The notes: a model not told the origin generated them from the sequence alone. A DNA stretch of 64,000 bases from Chloroflexota bacterium (GCA_965261345.1 OZ253449.1:1763317-1827316); one strand, 5' to 3'; counted from the stretch's first letter, positions 48,499 through 59,074 are shown. Numbers and translations are program-made.

Positions 48499-49701
48499 CT
48501 AGTAGGCAATTTGAACCCGTGCCCCATCCATGGCCGCCGAATTGGCGATCGCCTCGCAGATTACGTCGGCCTTGTAGCCATCCTCAAAGGTCGCCCCCCA
48601 CGGCGCAACGTCCTTGTCGTTGGCAACGCAATCGAGGAAATGACACAGCTCGTGGACGAACGTGTGCTCCCAACCGATCATGTGGCCCTGTGGCCACCAG
48701 TTGGTCCAGTAGGGGTGGTGCTGCTCGGAAACCATCACCGTGGCAAAGCCGTTGGCATTGGCGGGTTCGGAGTCTCCCGAATAGACTTTGAGCTCGTTGA
48801 GCCGCTGGATGTCGAAGGCGATCGAACCCTTGGAGCCGTTGATCTCGAAAATGTTCCCGTTCTTGTTGCCATAAGCGTAGCGAGTGGCCTCCAGGGTTCC
48901 GATCGCCCCGCACTCGAATTCGACCAAGGCAAGATAGGCGTCATCTACCGTCACTGGCGCCATCCGGTCGGGACTGTCGGGGTCGGGACGCTGTTCTACG
49001 AACGTCTTTAGCATCCCGTTAACCGCTTTGGGTTCGCCGACCAGAAATCGCGCCAGGTCGATCGTATGGGCCCCCAGATCTCCCAAGCTGCCCGATCCCG
49101 CCTGTCCGATATCGAGTCGCCAGACCCGGGGGGCGCTTGCGTCCACCAGCCATTCCTGGAGATAGAACCCGCGAAAGTGGCGGACCTCGCCGACCAATCC
49201 CTCCGCGATGAGCTGGCGGGCCAGGACGATCGCCGGCACGAAGCGATAGTTGAAGGCGGTCATGTGTTTGATGCCGGCCTTTTCGGCGGCCTGCCACATC
49301 TCTCGCGATTCGGCCGAATTGCGCCCCAGCGGCTTCTCCGAGATCACGTGTTTGCCGGCCGCGATAGCGGCCATATTGGCTTCATAGTGCAGGTTGTTGG
49401 GGCCCGAATTGTCGACCACCTCAACCCTTGGATCGGAAATTACCTGCATCCAATCGGTTGCGTGACTGGCGAACCCATAGCGTCGGGCGGCCTCGGCGAC
49501 CGCCTCCGGATTGCGCCCTGCCACCGCTTGGAGAACCGGGATCGCCGGAGGTGGATACATCATGTAGGGAATCTTTTTGTATCCGTTTGAGTGGGCCTTG
49601 CCCATGAAGGCATAGCCGAGCATCCCGATCCCGATCTCGGGGACCTCGCTCCCGTCGCTGACTACCGCCTGCGAATGAAATCCGCCTGTGTCCGTGGCCA
49701 T
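48499..49701 (-). CDS. Gfo/Idh/MocA-family oxidoreductase
   Basis: IGIGMLGYAFMGKAH Rossmann fold, EKP motif and a C-terminal dimerisation domain. 400 aa. Confidence 0.85.
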   Translation of the reverse strand: MATDTGGFHSQAVVSDGSEVPEIGIGMLGYAFMGKAHSNGYKKIPYMMYPPPAIPVLQAVAGRNPEAVAEAARRYGFASHATDWMQVISDPRVEVVDNSGPNNLHYEANMAAIAAGKHVISEKPLGRNSAESREMWQAAEKAGIKHMTAFNYRFVPAIVLARQLIAEGLVGEVRHFRGFYLQEWLVDASAPRVWRLDIGQAGSGSLGDLGAHTIDLARFLVGEPKAVNGMLKTFVEQRPDPDSPDRMAPVTVDDAYLALVEFECGAIGTLEATRYAYGNKNGNIFEINGSKGSIAFDIQRLNELKVYSGDSEPANANGFATVMVSEQHHPYWTNWWPQGHMIGWEHTFVHELCHFLDCVANDKDVAPWGATFEDGYKADVICEAIANSAAMDGARVQIAY

Positions 49702-49837
49702 TGGCAGTCCTACCCGTCGTTGCTACTTAAATATTTTTTCGGATTTGGGTGCGCCCAGCGCATTCGCGCCAGCGAACTGGTTTCATAGTACGCATTGCCG
49801 GCGCCGCACCGATCGCCCGAATGACCGGGCGGCGGTC

Positions 49838-51172
49838 CTATCCGAGCGCCCGCCAAGCGAGTCGCCGGCCCAGATAATCGCCGATCTCCGGGACCGGGAT
49901 GCGGTCCTGGGCAAGCGAATCGCGATCGCGCACGGTCACGCAGCCGTCTTCTAGCGAATCGAAATCAACGGTGATGCAATACGGCGTGCCGGCCTCATCC
50001 TGCCGTCGGTAGCGTCGTCCGATCGCCCCGGACTCGTCGTAAAAAATCGGCCATTGATAGCACAACTCGGACTGGATTGTCTTTGCCAGTTCCTGTAGCG
50101 GCGCCCGTTTGATTAACGGAAAGACCGCAGCCTTAAATGGGGCCAGTCGCGGATCCAGCGCCAGCAGGGTTCTGCGGTCCTGGCCGCCCTTGGCGTTGGC
50201 GACCGTTTCCTCGCGGTAGGCCGACGCCAGGAAAGCGAGCACGCACCGGTCCACCCCGGCCGACGGCTCGATGACCCAAGGCGTCAGGTGCTCCCCCTTG
50301 GTTTCGTCAAAGATCGACAGCTTGACGCCGGAAGCGTCGGCATGGGCGCGCAGGTCGAAATCCGAGCGCCGGGCGATCCCTTCGAGTTCGTCCCAACCGA
50401 ACGGAAATCTAAATTCCAGGTCGGATGTGCCGTGCGAATAGTGCGAAAGTTCGTCAGCCGCGTGGGCCCGGACCCTCAGGTCGCCGGCATCCACACCGTA
50501 GTCAAGATACCAGCGTCGACGACGATCGACCCAATATTCAAACCAGTGCGCGTCGTCGCCAGGCTCGCAGAAAAACTCCAGCTCCATCTGTTCGAATTCG
50601 CGGGTGCGGAAGATGAAGTTGCCGGTAGTGATCTCGTTGCGAAAAGCCTTGCCGATCTGGGCGATTCCGAACGGCAGGCGCAGGCGCGAGGTTGAGAGCA
50701 CATTGCGGAAATTTACAAAAATCGCTTGGGCAGTCTCCGGCCGCAAGTAGGCGATGTCGGCTTCGTCTTCTAGCGGTCCGACGAAGGTCTTAAACATGGT
50801 GTTGAAGTTGCGCGGCGCCGAAACGGTCCCGCCGCAGTTGGAGCAGCGTCCGTCGGTTAAGTGGTCTTGGCGCAGACGCGCATTGCAGTCGGAACATTCG
50901 ACCAGCGGGTCGGAGAAATTGTCCAGGTGCCCCGAGGCCTGCCAGACCGCCGGGGACATTAAAACAGCGGCGTTGATCCCGACCACGTTCTGGCGGGCGA
51001 TGACTATTTCGCGCCACCATGCTTCCTTGACATTGCGGACCAGCTCGGCCCCCAGCGGTCCGTAGTCCCAGGTGCTTTCGAAGCCTCCATAAATCTCGGA
51101 GGAAGGAAAAACAAATCCGCGCCGCTTGGCCAATGCCACCAGCGCGTCCATATTGGGTTCGGAACTGCTCAT
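49838..51172 (-). CDS. glyQS: glycine--tRNA ligase (alpha2 dimeric type)
   Basis: LVALAKRRGFVFPSSEIYGG N-terminus and class II motifs. A single-chain GlyRS about 445 aa from ATG 51172. The track ORF is over-extended into recO. Confidence 0.9.
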   Translation of the reverse strand: MSSSEPNMDALVALAKRRGFVFPSSEIYGGFESTWDYGPLGAELVRNVKEAWWREIVIARQNVVGINAAVLMSPAVWQASGHLDNFSDPLVECSDCNARLRQDHLTDGRCSNCGGTVSAPRNFNTMFKTFVGPLEDEADIAYLRPETAQAIFVNFRNVLSTSRLRLPFGIAQIGKAFRNEITTGNFIFRTREFEQMELEFFCEPGDDAHWFEYWVDRRRRWYLDYGVDAGDLRVRAHAADELSHYSHGTSDLEFRFPFGWDELEGIARRSDFDLRAHADASGVKLSIFDETKGEHLTPWVIEPSAGVDRCVLAFLASAYREETVANAKGGQDRRTLLALDPRLAPFKAAVFPLIKRAPLQELAKTIQSELCYQWPIFYDESGAIGRRYRRQDEAGTPYCITVDFDSLEDGCVTVRDRDSLAQDRIPVPEIGDYLGRRLAWRALG

Positions 51173-51201
51173 AGGCGCCTGGGCAAACATCTCGGATGTC
51201 T

Positions 51202-51963
51202 CTAATTCCCCGAGATTATCGGCGCCATCCCCGAAGACCTTAATTGGCGGCCCAGATTGGCGGTCAAAACCTGGTCGAGCAATCCCGCCAACTCGCGCTC
51301 GAAATTGGCGTCCAGCAGTAGCCGATCGCCATCGCCAATCTGGGCGTTTGCCATGTAGCGCAGGGCCTTTAGCGCCGCCAAACTCATTGGCACGGCCAAG
51401 ACGGTGGTCGCACATTGCGGGCACAGCGCCCCACCGGACTGTGGTCCGAACCAAAGTCGGTCCGGATCTAGGTGACGATTGCAGTCGGCACAATCGCCAA
51501 GCTCAAGCCCCAGACCCAAGCGCGCTAGGGCGAGCAGCTCAAATTGCCAAAGCTGAGGGCCGATCCGTTCACGCTGGGCAATCAACGCCAGCGCTTTGGC
51601 GGCAAGCGCAAATAGCCCGGGGTCGGGATCGTTCGCCGCGGTCCCCATGCGCAGGATTTCAACCACTCGCGCGGCGGCGGCAAACCGCTGCCCGGCGCCA
51701 GAGAGTTGCGGCCACGCGGCGACCGAACGGGCGGCGGTGATCACATCGAGCGAGCGGGTCTTTACCAATTCAATTTCGACGGTCGCAAAGAGTTGCAGGT
51801 GACCGGCCAGGCGCGACCGCGGTCGGCGGGCGGCCCGCGCAACCGCGTTGAATCGGCCCGCGTTGCGGGCAAAAAGGAACACCAGGCGATCGGCTTCGCC
51901 AAGGTCGCGCAAACCAATTACGATTGCCGCATCGCTGTATGCTGGTCCGGATCGATTCATCAA
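51202..51963 (-). CDS. recO: DNA repair protein RecO
   Basis: N-terminal OB fold and a C-terminal Cys4 zinc finger (CADCNRH...CPQC). 253 aa. Confidence 0.85.
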   Translation of the reverse strand: MMNRSGPAYSDAAIVIGLRDLGEADRLVFLFARNAGRFNAVARAARRPRSRLAGHLQLFATVEIELVKTRSLDVITAARSVAAWPQLSGAGQRFAAAARVVEILRMGTAANDPDPGLFALAAKALALIAQRERIGPQLWQFELLALARLGLGLELGDCADCNRHLDPDRLWFGPQSGGALCPQCATTVLAVPMSLAALKALRYMANAQIGDGDRLLLDANFERELAGLLDQVLTANLGRQLRSSGMAPIISGN

Positions 51964-52004
51964 AGTTTCAAATCGACCGGGGCTTGGGCCGGGCCAACAT
52001 CAAC

Positions 52005-53321
52005 TCAGGCGGCCCGCGGACTTCCCGACTCGCTAGAGTCCGGATCGGACCCGCCTTGCGGTTTGACCCGCAGCTGGCGAATCCGGTTGTTCTCGACCTG
52101 GGCGACCTCTACCGCAACGCCGTCGATTACCAAGGATTCACCGTCGTTGGGGACGTGACCCAAACTCAGGAACACCAATCCGGCCACGGTGTCGGCGTCG
52201 ACCGCGCTCAACTCGATTCCGGTCTGTTCGGCCAATTCGCTCAGCCGCACTCGCCCGTCGACTAGGAATGCGCCTTCGCTGTCGGTGGAAATCTCGATGG
52301 GATCCAGGTCGGTTTCATCGCGGATGTCGCCGACGATGCATTCGATGATGTCCTCCATGGTGACCAGACCGGCGGTGTCACCGTACTCATCGATCGCAAT
52401 GGCCATGTGTGTCCGCCCGGCCTGCAACTCGCCTAGCAAATCATCAACCATCTTGGTTTCGGGCACGAAAAAGGCTGGTTGTGATAGCTGATGCACCGGC
52501 TTTTGGCCGGTGCCCTCGACCACCAGGGCGGCGGCGATTTGGCGCACTGATACCACCCCGGTGATGTTGTCGTGGTCGCCGGCGTATACCGGGAGCCTGG
52601 AAAATCCGTGACTAAGGGCCAGTTCGAGAGCTTCCGAGGCGCTCAAATTGCCATCCACCATGACCATGTCTGGGCGCGGGGTCATGATGTGGCGAACCTG
52701 TTCGCGTGAAATATCCAACACGCCCTGGATCATGTCGACGTCCTCTTCCGAGATCGCCTCCTGTCGCTCCGAGGCGGCGATGATCTCGCGCAATTCGCCC
52801 AATTCGCCGATCTCATCGGCTTCCTGGTGGTGGCCGAATATGGCCAGAATGCGATTGGCCAGCCAATCGGCCAAACCGGCCGGCGGGGCCAGCGCGGTCA
52901 GCAGCAGGGTCAGCGGCCGGGCCTGCGCCAGCGCAAGAGATTCCCCCCAGCGCCGGCCAGCGCGGCGGGCCAGGCGCGCCGCCAGGGCGATGTGGGCAAA
53001 TGCCACCAGCAGCGTCAGCAGGCCGATGGCCAGTGGGAATGGCACGCCTGCGCGGGCAATCTCCGGGGCCAGCGCGCCCGCCGCCAGCGCCGCCGAGGCG
53101 GTGGCGGCCAATAGCGCCAGCGAGACGATTAGGGAGGCTCGCCTACTGTCGTCTTCCAGCATTTTGCCAATGGCGCGGGCGGACTTGCTGCCGCCGTCGG
53201 CCAATTCGCGCAACCGGGACGGCCGCATCGAGAGCATCGCGGCTTCGACCGCGGAACCGTATCCGGCCAGCGCCGTCAACAGAATGACACCGGCTAGGCC
53301 GGCCCAACTAGAAGGCTCCAC
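52005..53321 (-). CDS. HlyC/CorC-family transporter (CNNM/DUF21 TM domain, CBS pair, CorC_HlyC domain)
   Basis: 4-TM DUF21 N-domain, a tandem CBS domain and a C-terminal transporter-associated domain. 438 aa. Confidence 0.85.
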   Translation of the reverse strand: MEPSSWAGLAGVILLTALAGYGSAVEAAMLSMRPSRLRELADGGSKSARAIGKMLEDDSRRASLIVSLALLAATASAALAAGALAPEIARAGVPFPLAIGLLTLLVAFAHIALAARLARRAGRRWGESLALAQARPLTLLLTALAPPAGLADWLANRILAIFGHHQEADEIGELGELREIIAASERQEAISEEDVDMIQGVLDISREQVRHIMTPRPDMVMVDGNLSASEALELALSHGFSRLPVYAGDHDNITGVVSVRQIAAALVVEGTGQKPVHQLSQPAFFVPETKMVDDLLGELQAGRTHMAIAIDEYGDTAGLVTMEDIIECIVGDIRDETDLDPIEISTDSEGAFLVDGRVRLSELAEQTGIELSAVDADTVAGLVFLSLGHVPNDGESLVIDGVAVEVAQVENNRIRQLRVKPQGGSDPDSSESGSPRAA

Positions 53322-53414
53322 TAAGTGGAACCATACTCCCTAATACCGCGTCGCGTTCGGGCGAACACGCAAAGCTCCGAGCCTTCTTTTCGTCTGTTGT
53401 CGCAATTGCCAGAG

Positions 53415-54353
53415 TCAGATGAACAGGGCGCTGACTGATTCGTGCAAGTGTATGCGCCGGATCGCCTCGGCCAGCAGACCGGCAGTCGAACACACCGTCA
53501 GTTTTGGATGCCGGAACTGGACCGGAATCGTATCCGATACCAGGACGCTTGCAATCTTGTCAGATTCGAAAAGGTGGTTGATCTTGGGCGTAAAGTCCGC
53601 GTGGACCGCGGCCGCGTGCACCTGGGAGGCTCCATTGGCCAGTAGCAAGTCGGCAGCGGCCAGCAGCGAACCGCCGGTGGAGATGATGTCATCAACGAGG
53701 ATGCAGGTGCGCCCCGCGACATCTCCGACCAGCGATATTGGGGTGACCTCCTCGCCTGAATTTCGCTTTTTGAAGGTCACGAAGAGGTCCTCGGCCTGCA
53801 TGCGCCGCGAGAAGTCTTCGGCGCGGGCGACCCCGCCGGCATCGGTGGAACCGACCGCGGCGGCGCGGTCATAGCCCTGGTCGCGCAATGACTGCGCCAG
53901 CAGTCCGGCCGCCCGCAGGTGGTCGACCGGGATGTCGAAGAACCCCTCGATGGCAGCCGCGTGGAGATCGATCGTAACAACCCGCGAAATCCCCGAGACC
54001 TGCAGCAAGTTGGCGACCAATTTGGCCGAAATCGGCTCGCGCCCGGCGGTTTTTTTCTCCTGCCGCGCATATCCGTAGTAGGGGATTACGGCGGTGATTC
54101 GATCGGCCGATGCGCGCCGCAGGGCATCGACCATGATGAGCAACTCCATCAGGTGGTTGTTGACTGGGACGCACGTCGACTGGACCACATAGGCGTCATA
54201 GCCGCGCACGTTCTCCTCAATCTGGATTTTGGTCTCGCGGTTGGGAAACGAACTCACCGCCGCGTTCCCGAGCGGAATCCCCAAATCGGCGCAGATCGCG
54301 CTGGCCAGCGCGGTATTGGAAGATCCGGCGAAAACTTTCAGATTTCCGGTCAT
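53415..54353 (-). CDS. prs: ribose-phosphate pyrophosphokinase
   Basis: KVFAGSSN, DLHAAAIEGFFDIPVDHL and the PRPP-binding VLVDDIISTGGSL motifs. Start at M42 of the track ORF (MTGNLKVF). Confidence 0.9.
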   Translation of the reverse strand: MTGNLKVFAGSSNTALASAICADLGIPLGNAAVSSFPNRETKIQIEENVRGYDAYVVQSTCVPVNNHLMELLIMVDALRRASADRITAVIPYYGYARQEKKTAGREPISAKLVANLLQVSGISRVVTIDLHAAAIEGFFDIPVDHLRAAGLLAQSLRDQGYDRAAAVGSTDAGGVARAEDFSRRMQAEDLFVTFKKRNSGEEVTPISLVGDVAGRTCILVDDIISTGGSLLAAADLLLANGASQVHAAAVHADFTPKINHLFESDKIASVLVSDTIPVQFRHPKLTVCSTAGLLAEAIRRIHLHESVSALFI

Positions 54354-54487
54354 CGGCGCTGCCTGGGGTCTCCCGATTTCGTCATGCTGATGGGCGATCG
54401 CGCGATGAACCCGATTGGGCGGCCGCAAGGCCGCACGGCAAATCGGCGACGGAAAAAAGTCTATTCGCAACGGCAACCGCGGTTGGC

Positions 54488-55879
54488 GTGATAATCGATG
54501 CGCCTATGCCCACCGCCAAGCGCATCCGCGATCCCGTACACGGCCTTATCCGCTTCGAGGCCGAATCCGAGGTCGACCAATTGGCCTGGCAACTGCTGGA
54601 CGCACCGGAGGTGCAGCGGCTTCGCGCGATCAAGCAGCTGGGATTTTTGCACCTGGTGTTCCCTGGCGCAACCCATACTCGCTTTGCTCATTCGATCGGG
54701 GTTTACTTCGTCGCCCGCAAGCTGCTTGACATCATCGCCCGGCAGCTGGGACCGGCTGACTTTGACGCGGACCGCGCCAGGGTGGCGGCACTTTCCGCCC
54801 TGCTCCATGATGTAGGCCACGGCCCGCTCTCGCACGTATTTGAAAAGGCCGAACACTCGGTGCTCGGAACCGGTGTCCACGAGCGATGGTCGGTTCGGGT
54901 AATTACCGGCGACACCGCAGTCTTCTCGATTCTGGAGCGGGCGACGCCCGGTTTGGCCCGGCAGGTGGCTGATGAGCTTAGCGGGAAGGGCCCGCGGGAC
55001 ATCTATTCGGCGGTGGTTGCTTCGCATTTTGATGCCGACCGACTCGATTACCTGGAGCGCGACCGGCAGATGACCGGATTGGCCTCGGCTTCAATCGATT
55101 TGACTTGGTTGCTAGACAGTTTGCGGGTCGAGGACCTGCCCGACCGATGGGGCGGGGGAGCCGGCTTGGTGCTGGCGCCAAAGGGATTGCGGGCGGCCGA
55201 GGAATACCTCCTGGCCAGGATCAATCTCTACCGTCAGATCTATTTGCACAAGACCTCGCGCGGGGCCGAGTTGATGATGGCGGCGCTGGCCGGGCGATTG
55301 GCCGGACTGATCAGCGATGGCCGCGCGGCCGCCAGCGGGCTAGCCGCGGGCCACCCGCTGTTGGCCCACTTCGGCGGGAGGGCGTCACTGTCCAGCTTTC
55401 TGGCGCTGGACGATGAGGTGCTCGGCGGCGCGCTGGCCGACCTGGAACACTCCGATGACGCCCAGTTGGCCGAGCTAGCGTCGCGCCTGCGCCGCCGCCG
55501 CATCTACAAGTGTTTTGATGTCGGCCAGCGAATCCGCAGGCCGGGTGGGCCGGAGCTGAGCAATTTTGCGGCCCTGCTCAGAGCACGCGCCGGTTCGATG
55601 GGCTTAACCGAGGACCTGACGCTGCTTACCGATGCGGCCCGCGTGGACGCGATTTCCTCGTTTGGCCAGCATGGACCACGTTCGCAGCGACCGGTCCTGG
55701 TTAGAGCCTCGCCGGATGGGCCGCCGGTGGCGATCGTCGATGTCTCGCCGCTGGTGGCGGCGATCGCACCCGAGGAGGTGATGCGTTTCTACGTTCCCAC
55801 CGATGAGCATCGCGAGGCAATCTGGCAACTTTGGCGGCAAACGATGCACCGCACCCAAGATGGCCAGGTGCCCGCCTAG
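54488..55879 (+). CDS. SAMHD1-like HD-domain dNTP triphosphohydrolase-family protein
   Basis: VQRLRAIKQLGFLHLVFPGATHTRFAHSIGV and LLHDVGHGPLSHVFE closely resemble the SAMHD1/EF1143-type HD core. 463 aa. Confidence 0.75.
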   Translation: MIIDAPMPTAKRIRDPVHGLIRFEAESEVDQLAWQLLDAPEVQRLRAIKQLGFLHLVFPGATHTRFAHSIGVYFVARKLLDIIARQLGPADFDADRARVAALSALLHDVGHGPLSHVFEKAEHSVLGTGVHERWSVRVITGDTAVFSILERATPGLARQVADELSGKGPRDIYSAVVASHFDADRLDYLERDRQMTGLASASIDLTWLLDSLRVEDLPDRWGGGAGLVLAPKGLRAAEEYLLARINLYRQIYLHKTSRGAELMMAALAGRLAGLISDGRAAASGLAAGHPLLAHFGGRASLSSFLALDDEVLGGALADLEHSDDAQLAELASRLRRRRIYKCFDVGQRIRRPGGPELSNFAALLRARAGSMGLTEDLTLLTDAARVDAISSFGQHGPRSQRPVLVRASPDGPPVAIVDVSPLVAAIAPEEVMRFYVPTDEHREAIWQLWRQTMHRTQDGQVPA

Positions 55880-56610
55880 ATCAGGAGAGTGCCCAGCCCG
55901 CCCCAGATGACCGTGTATTTGAAAGCGTTGCCCAGAAAGGCGGCCAGCCCATAACGCCAGAACGGGTAGCGTACCGTGCCGGCAATGATCCCGATCACGT
56001 CAAAAAACGGATTGGGAACTGCGGCAAAACCGACGATGATTGCATCCGCCAGCCAGGGGCTCGACCGCATTATCCGCGACACCCTTCGGATCCAGCCAGA
56101 ATCGGCCAACAGAGCCGCGCTGGAGCGTCCCAGTAGGTAGCCTACGCCCTCGCCCAGGGTTTGCCCGGCGGCGGCGGCCAATCCGACCGCTAAGGGGTCA
56201 TTTAGTGAGGACCCCAAGGCGATTATGGTGAGCGCGGTGGGCGCTGGCAGGATTACCGTCGAGGCGCCGATTAGGGCGACCAGGAACGCGGCCAGAACTA
56301 CCGGTCCTTCGAATTGCTCGACCAAGTCGACGAATATCCAGGCGAGCATCGCCACCTCGACGATGAGGAGGATGGCGACCAGCTGTCCGACCAACGGCCA
56401 ATCGAGTCGCAATCGCCACCGGCCGAGTGCGCCGGCGCATGCCAGCAACCCCAGGCCCAACAGGACCAGGTAACCGGGCGCGACCGCGCGCAATGGCTGC
56501 CGCAGTACCCACGAGGCAACCAGAATCAGGCCGATGGTCGCAACCACCGCGACGAACTGCCGGCGACTCAACGCGGGCGCGGTCTTGCTGACCGGAGTCG
56601 TAACTTCCAT
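55876..56610 (-). CDS. DedA/TVP38/TMEM64-family (VTT domain) membrane protein
   Basis: VTT-domain pattern (ILPAPTALTIIALG ... IGIIAGTVRYPFWRY). Start probably ATG 56608-56610 (MEVTT...). Confidence 0.7.
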   Translation of the reverse strand: MEVTTPVSKTAPALSRRQFVAVVATIGLILVASWVLRQPLRAVAPGYLVLLGLGLLACAGALGRWRLRLDWPLVGQLVAILLIVEVAMLAWIFVDLVEQFEGPVVLAAFLVALIGASTVILPAPTALTIIALGSSLNDPLAVGLAAAAGQTLGEGVGYLLGRSSAALLADSGWIRRVSRIMRSSPWLADAIIVGFAAVPNPFFDVIGIIAGTVRYPFWRYGLAAFLGNAFKYTVIWGGLGTLLI

Positions 56611-56623
56611 CGCCCTATCCGAC

Positions 56624-57742
56624 CTAGAGAAACTGCGAACGCCGGCTGGCGTTGAGTAGAGCGAGCACCTCGGGTATCTGCTGGGCGGAGTCCCGCGCGC
56701 ACACCAATATCGCATCGCCGGCTTCGACCACCACCACGTCGTCTAACCCTACGACCGCGACCAGGGCCGACTCGGCGTCCACCAGGCAGCGCTGGCTGTT
56801 GACAAACAATGGGGTCTGGCCCGGTCTGCCGGCCAGCTGGTTGTCGCCGGCTGCCTCAACCCGTCGGGAGACCTTGTAAACGCCCTCCCAGGTGCCGATA
56901 TCGGCCCAGGCGAAGTCGGCCGGGACGGTGTAAACGTTATCTGCTTTTTCCATCACGACGGTATCGATCGCCTCGACCGTAAGTTGCGACCAGACTTTTG
57001 CCAACGCGTGTTCTGGTTGTCCGAGGCGGAATGACTCGGTCAGCTGGTGCATGGCGATGGCCAGGTGCGGAGCGTGGATGGAGAAGGCCGCCAGCAGCGC
57101 ATCGGTTGTAAAGGCGAAATAGTTGCAGTTCCAGAAATGCCGGCCACCAGCAAAGAACGCCTCGGCGGTGGGCCGATCGGGTTTTTCCACGAATGCGGTG
57201 GTCTCATGAACCGCAACGCCGTTGAAGGTGCCGGCCGGGTCGCCCAGCTCGATATAACCCATCCCGGTGTCGGGTCTGGATGGACGGATCCCGATCGTGA
57301 GCAAGCCGCGAAATTTCCGGGCAGCCGCCGCCGCCGCCCTAAGCGATTGCCGAAAGGCCTCGTCATCCCCGACGAAGTGGTCTGATCCCACGGTTATCAG
57401 GGTCGGGTTGCGAGCCTTGGTTGCCGTCAGTGCGGCAGCGGCGGCGATCGCCGGGGCGGTGCCCTTGCCGGACGGCTCGGCGATGATCTGGGTGCGATCA
57501 ATTTCCGGCAGCTGGACGGCGATCTGATCGGCCTGGGAGGCGCTGGTGACCACCAATATCTGCTCCGGGCTGGTGAGCGGTGCCACCCGTTCGAAGGTCT
57601 GACGAAGCAGACTCAATTTCCCGTCAAAGCTAAGCAGCTGTTTAGGTTTTTGGCGGCGTGACTTGGGCCACAGCCTGGTACCCGAACCGCCGGCAATGAT
57701 CGCCAGGAACGGGGCGGAATCAGATTCAGGCGATTCCGGCAA
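56624..57742 (-). CDS. mannose-1-phosphate guanylyltransferase
   Basis: AIIAGGSGTRLWP nucleotidyltransferase motif and a left-handed beta-helix C-terminus. 372 aa. Confidence 0.8.
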   Translation of the reverse strand: MPESPESDSAPFLAIIAGGSGTRLWPKSRRQKPKQLLSFDGKLSLLRQTFERVAPLTSPEQILVVTSASQADQIAVQLPEIDRTQIIAEPSGKGTAPAIAAAAALTATKARNPTLITVGSDHFVGDDEAFRQSLRAAAAAARKFRGLLTIGIRPSRPDTGMGYIELGDPAGTFNGVAVHETTAFVEKPDRPTAEAFFAGGRHFWNCNYFAFTTDALLAAFSIHAPHLAIAMHQLTESFRLGQPEHALAKVWSQLTVEAIDTVVMEKADNVYTVPADFAWADIGTWEGVYKVSRRVEAAGDNQLAGRPGQTPLFVNSQRCLVDAESALVAVVGLDDVVVVEAGDAILVCARDSAQQIPEVLALLNASRRSQFL

Positions 57743-59003
57743 GTTGTTCGTTTAAGGGGTCTTGGTAGGTCGAGACCGATCCAGTAAGGATTTGGTCGAT
57801 GGTGACGCTGGCACCAGCGATCCCGGACTCGATTACGGCTAGCACGGTTGCCAGGGCGCTGCGGCCCTGCGTGATCCCGACCTCGGGTTGCGAGCCGGAG
57901 AGAATGCAGTCGCCCAGCTCCCAATATTCGGACGCGGTTATTCGAGCGTCGATCGCATTGAATCCCAGTTCGATTCGGCCGATCCGGGAGCCGCCGAATA
58001 GTCGTGCCGTGGTGTCGGGCAATTCGAAATCCGGAACCAGGTCCAGGACCGCTTCACCGGAAATCTCACCGTGGCCGGATCTTGGCGTTACCCGTATGGG
58101 ATGGCCGGAGCGGTCTTCGGGGCATTCGATCATCCCGCCTTCCAGATAGATGCGGCGGAGCCGCATCCGCTCGCCGCCGCCGACCCCCAGGCCCATCGTC
58201 CACTGACCGCCGGCCCCGGACTTGAAGCGGAGCAGGGCAAATCCGGAATCGATGCCGTCGGACCGATAGCTGCCGTGGACGGTTCGATTGGAAAGCTGGT
58301 AAAACTCGGCCAGATTGCCGCTCAACCCTTGCCAGTCGCGCTCCGGCTCCAGAACCCCCGACCAGGCCGCAACCGATTCCAGCGGACCCATGAAATATTC
58401 GAATATGTCGGCGTGGTGGACCCCGACGTCGAGCAGCACCCCACCCTCGGCTCGGGTGGAACGCCACGGCGTTATCACGACCGCTCCGCCGCCGGACAGG
58501 GTGGTGTCGAGCATCATCTGCGGGGCGCCAAGGACACCGGAGTCAACCAGCGCCCGGACGAGGCGGTTGAGTGGATCGCGGCGGTAATTTTCAGCCACTG
58601 AGAGGACCGTTTCGCTTCCAGCAGCCGCAGCTAGAAAATCGGCGGCGGCGATCGTTAGGGCCACCGGTTTTTCGACTTGCACGTTGATCCCCGCGCGCAG
58701 GGCATCGGCGGCAACCGTGTGGTGCGATGCCGGCGTCGTTACGACGTCAACTGCGTCCGGCGCTTCGGTTTTGGCCAATTCCCCAAATTCCTGGTACACC
58801 CGCGGACGAATGCCCAGTAGCTGCTCGGCCAATTCCGCCGCCGCCGCTCCGGCTTCCGGAAACGGGTCGCAGACGGCGGTCAGCGAAAACGGGCAGATTC
58901 CGGCATCAACCAACTGGGCCAGGCCATGCAGGTGCCGCCGACCCATCCCGCCACAACCGACGAGGACCAGCTTCAGATCATTGGACTCGCTGTTGATGAC
59001 CAA
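57726..59003 (-). CDS. Gfo/Idh/MocA-family oxidoreductase
   Basis: LVLVGCGGMGRRH Rossmann fold, EKP motif and a long C-terminal dimerisation domain. 425 aa. Confidence 0.85.
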   Translation of the reverse strand: MVINSESNDLKLVLVGCGGMGRRHLHGLAQLVDAGICPFSLTAVCDPFPEAGAAAAELAEQLLGIRPRVYQEFGELAKTEAPDAVDVVTTPASHHTVAADALRAGINVQVEKPVALTIAAADFLAAAAGSETVLSVAENYRRDPLNRLVRALVDSGVLGAPQMMLDTTLSGGGAVVITPWRSTRAEGGVLLDVGVHHADIFEYFMGPLESVAAWSGVLEPERDWQGLSGNLAEFYQLSNRTVHGSYRSDGIDSGFALLRFKSGAGGQWTMGLGVGGGERMRLRRIYLEGGMIECPEDRSGHPIRVTPRSGHGEISGEAVLDLVPDFELPDTTARLFGGSRIGRIELGFNAIDARITASEYWELGDCILSGSQPEVGITQGRSALATVLAVIESGIAGASVTIDQILTGSVSTYQDPLNEQLAGIA

Positions 59004-59074
59004 TTAGTCGCACAGCAAGATGATTTGGCGACTGCGCCAATCCGCCCGCTTGATGGGCAATTCCATATAGATCT

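Noticed and set aside
49702-49837. Possible T-box leader for glyQS
   Set aside because: The 136-nt region is downstream, not upstream, of glyQS on its coding strand. The actual upstream gap to recO is only about 29 nt, too short for a T-box.
52648-53343. 231-aa + strand ORF antisense to the corC-family gene
   Set aside because: Ser/Ala/Arg low complexity. The sense strand encodes DUF21-CBS-CorC_HlyC.
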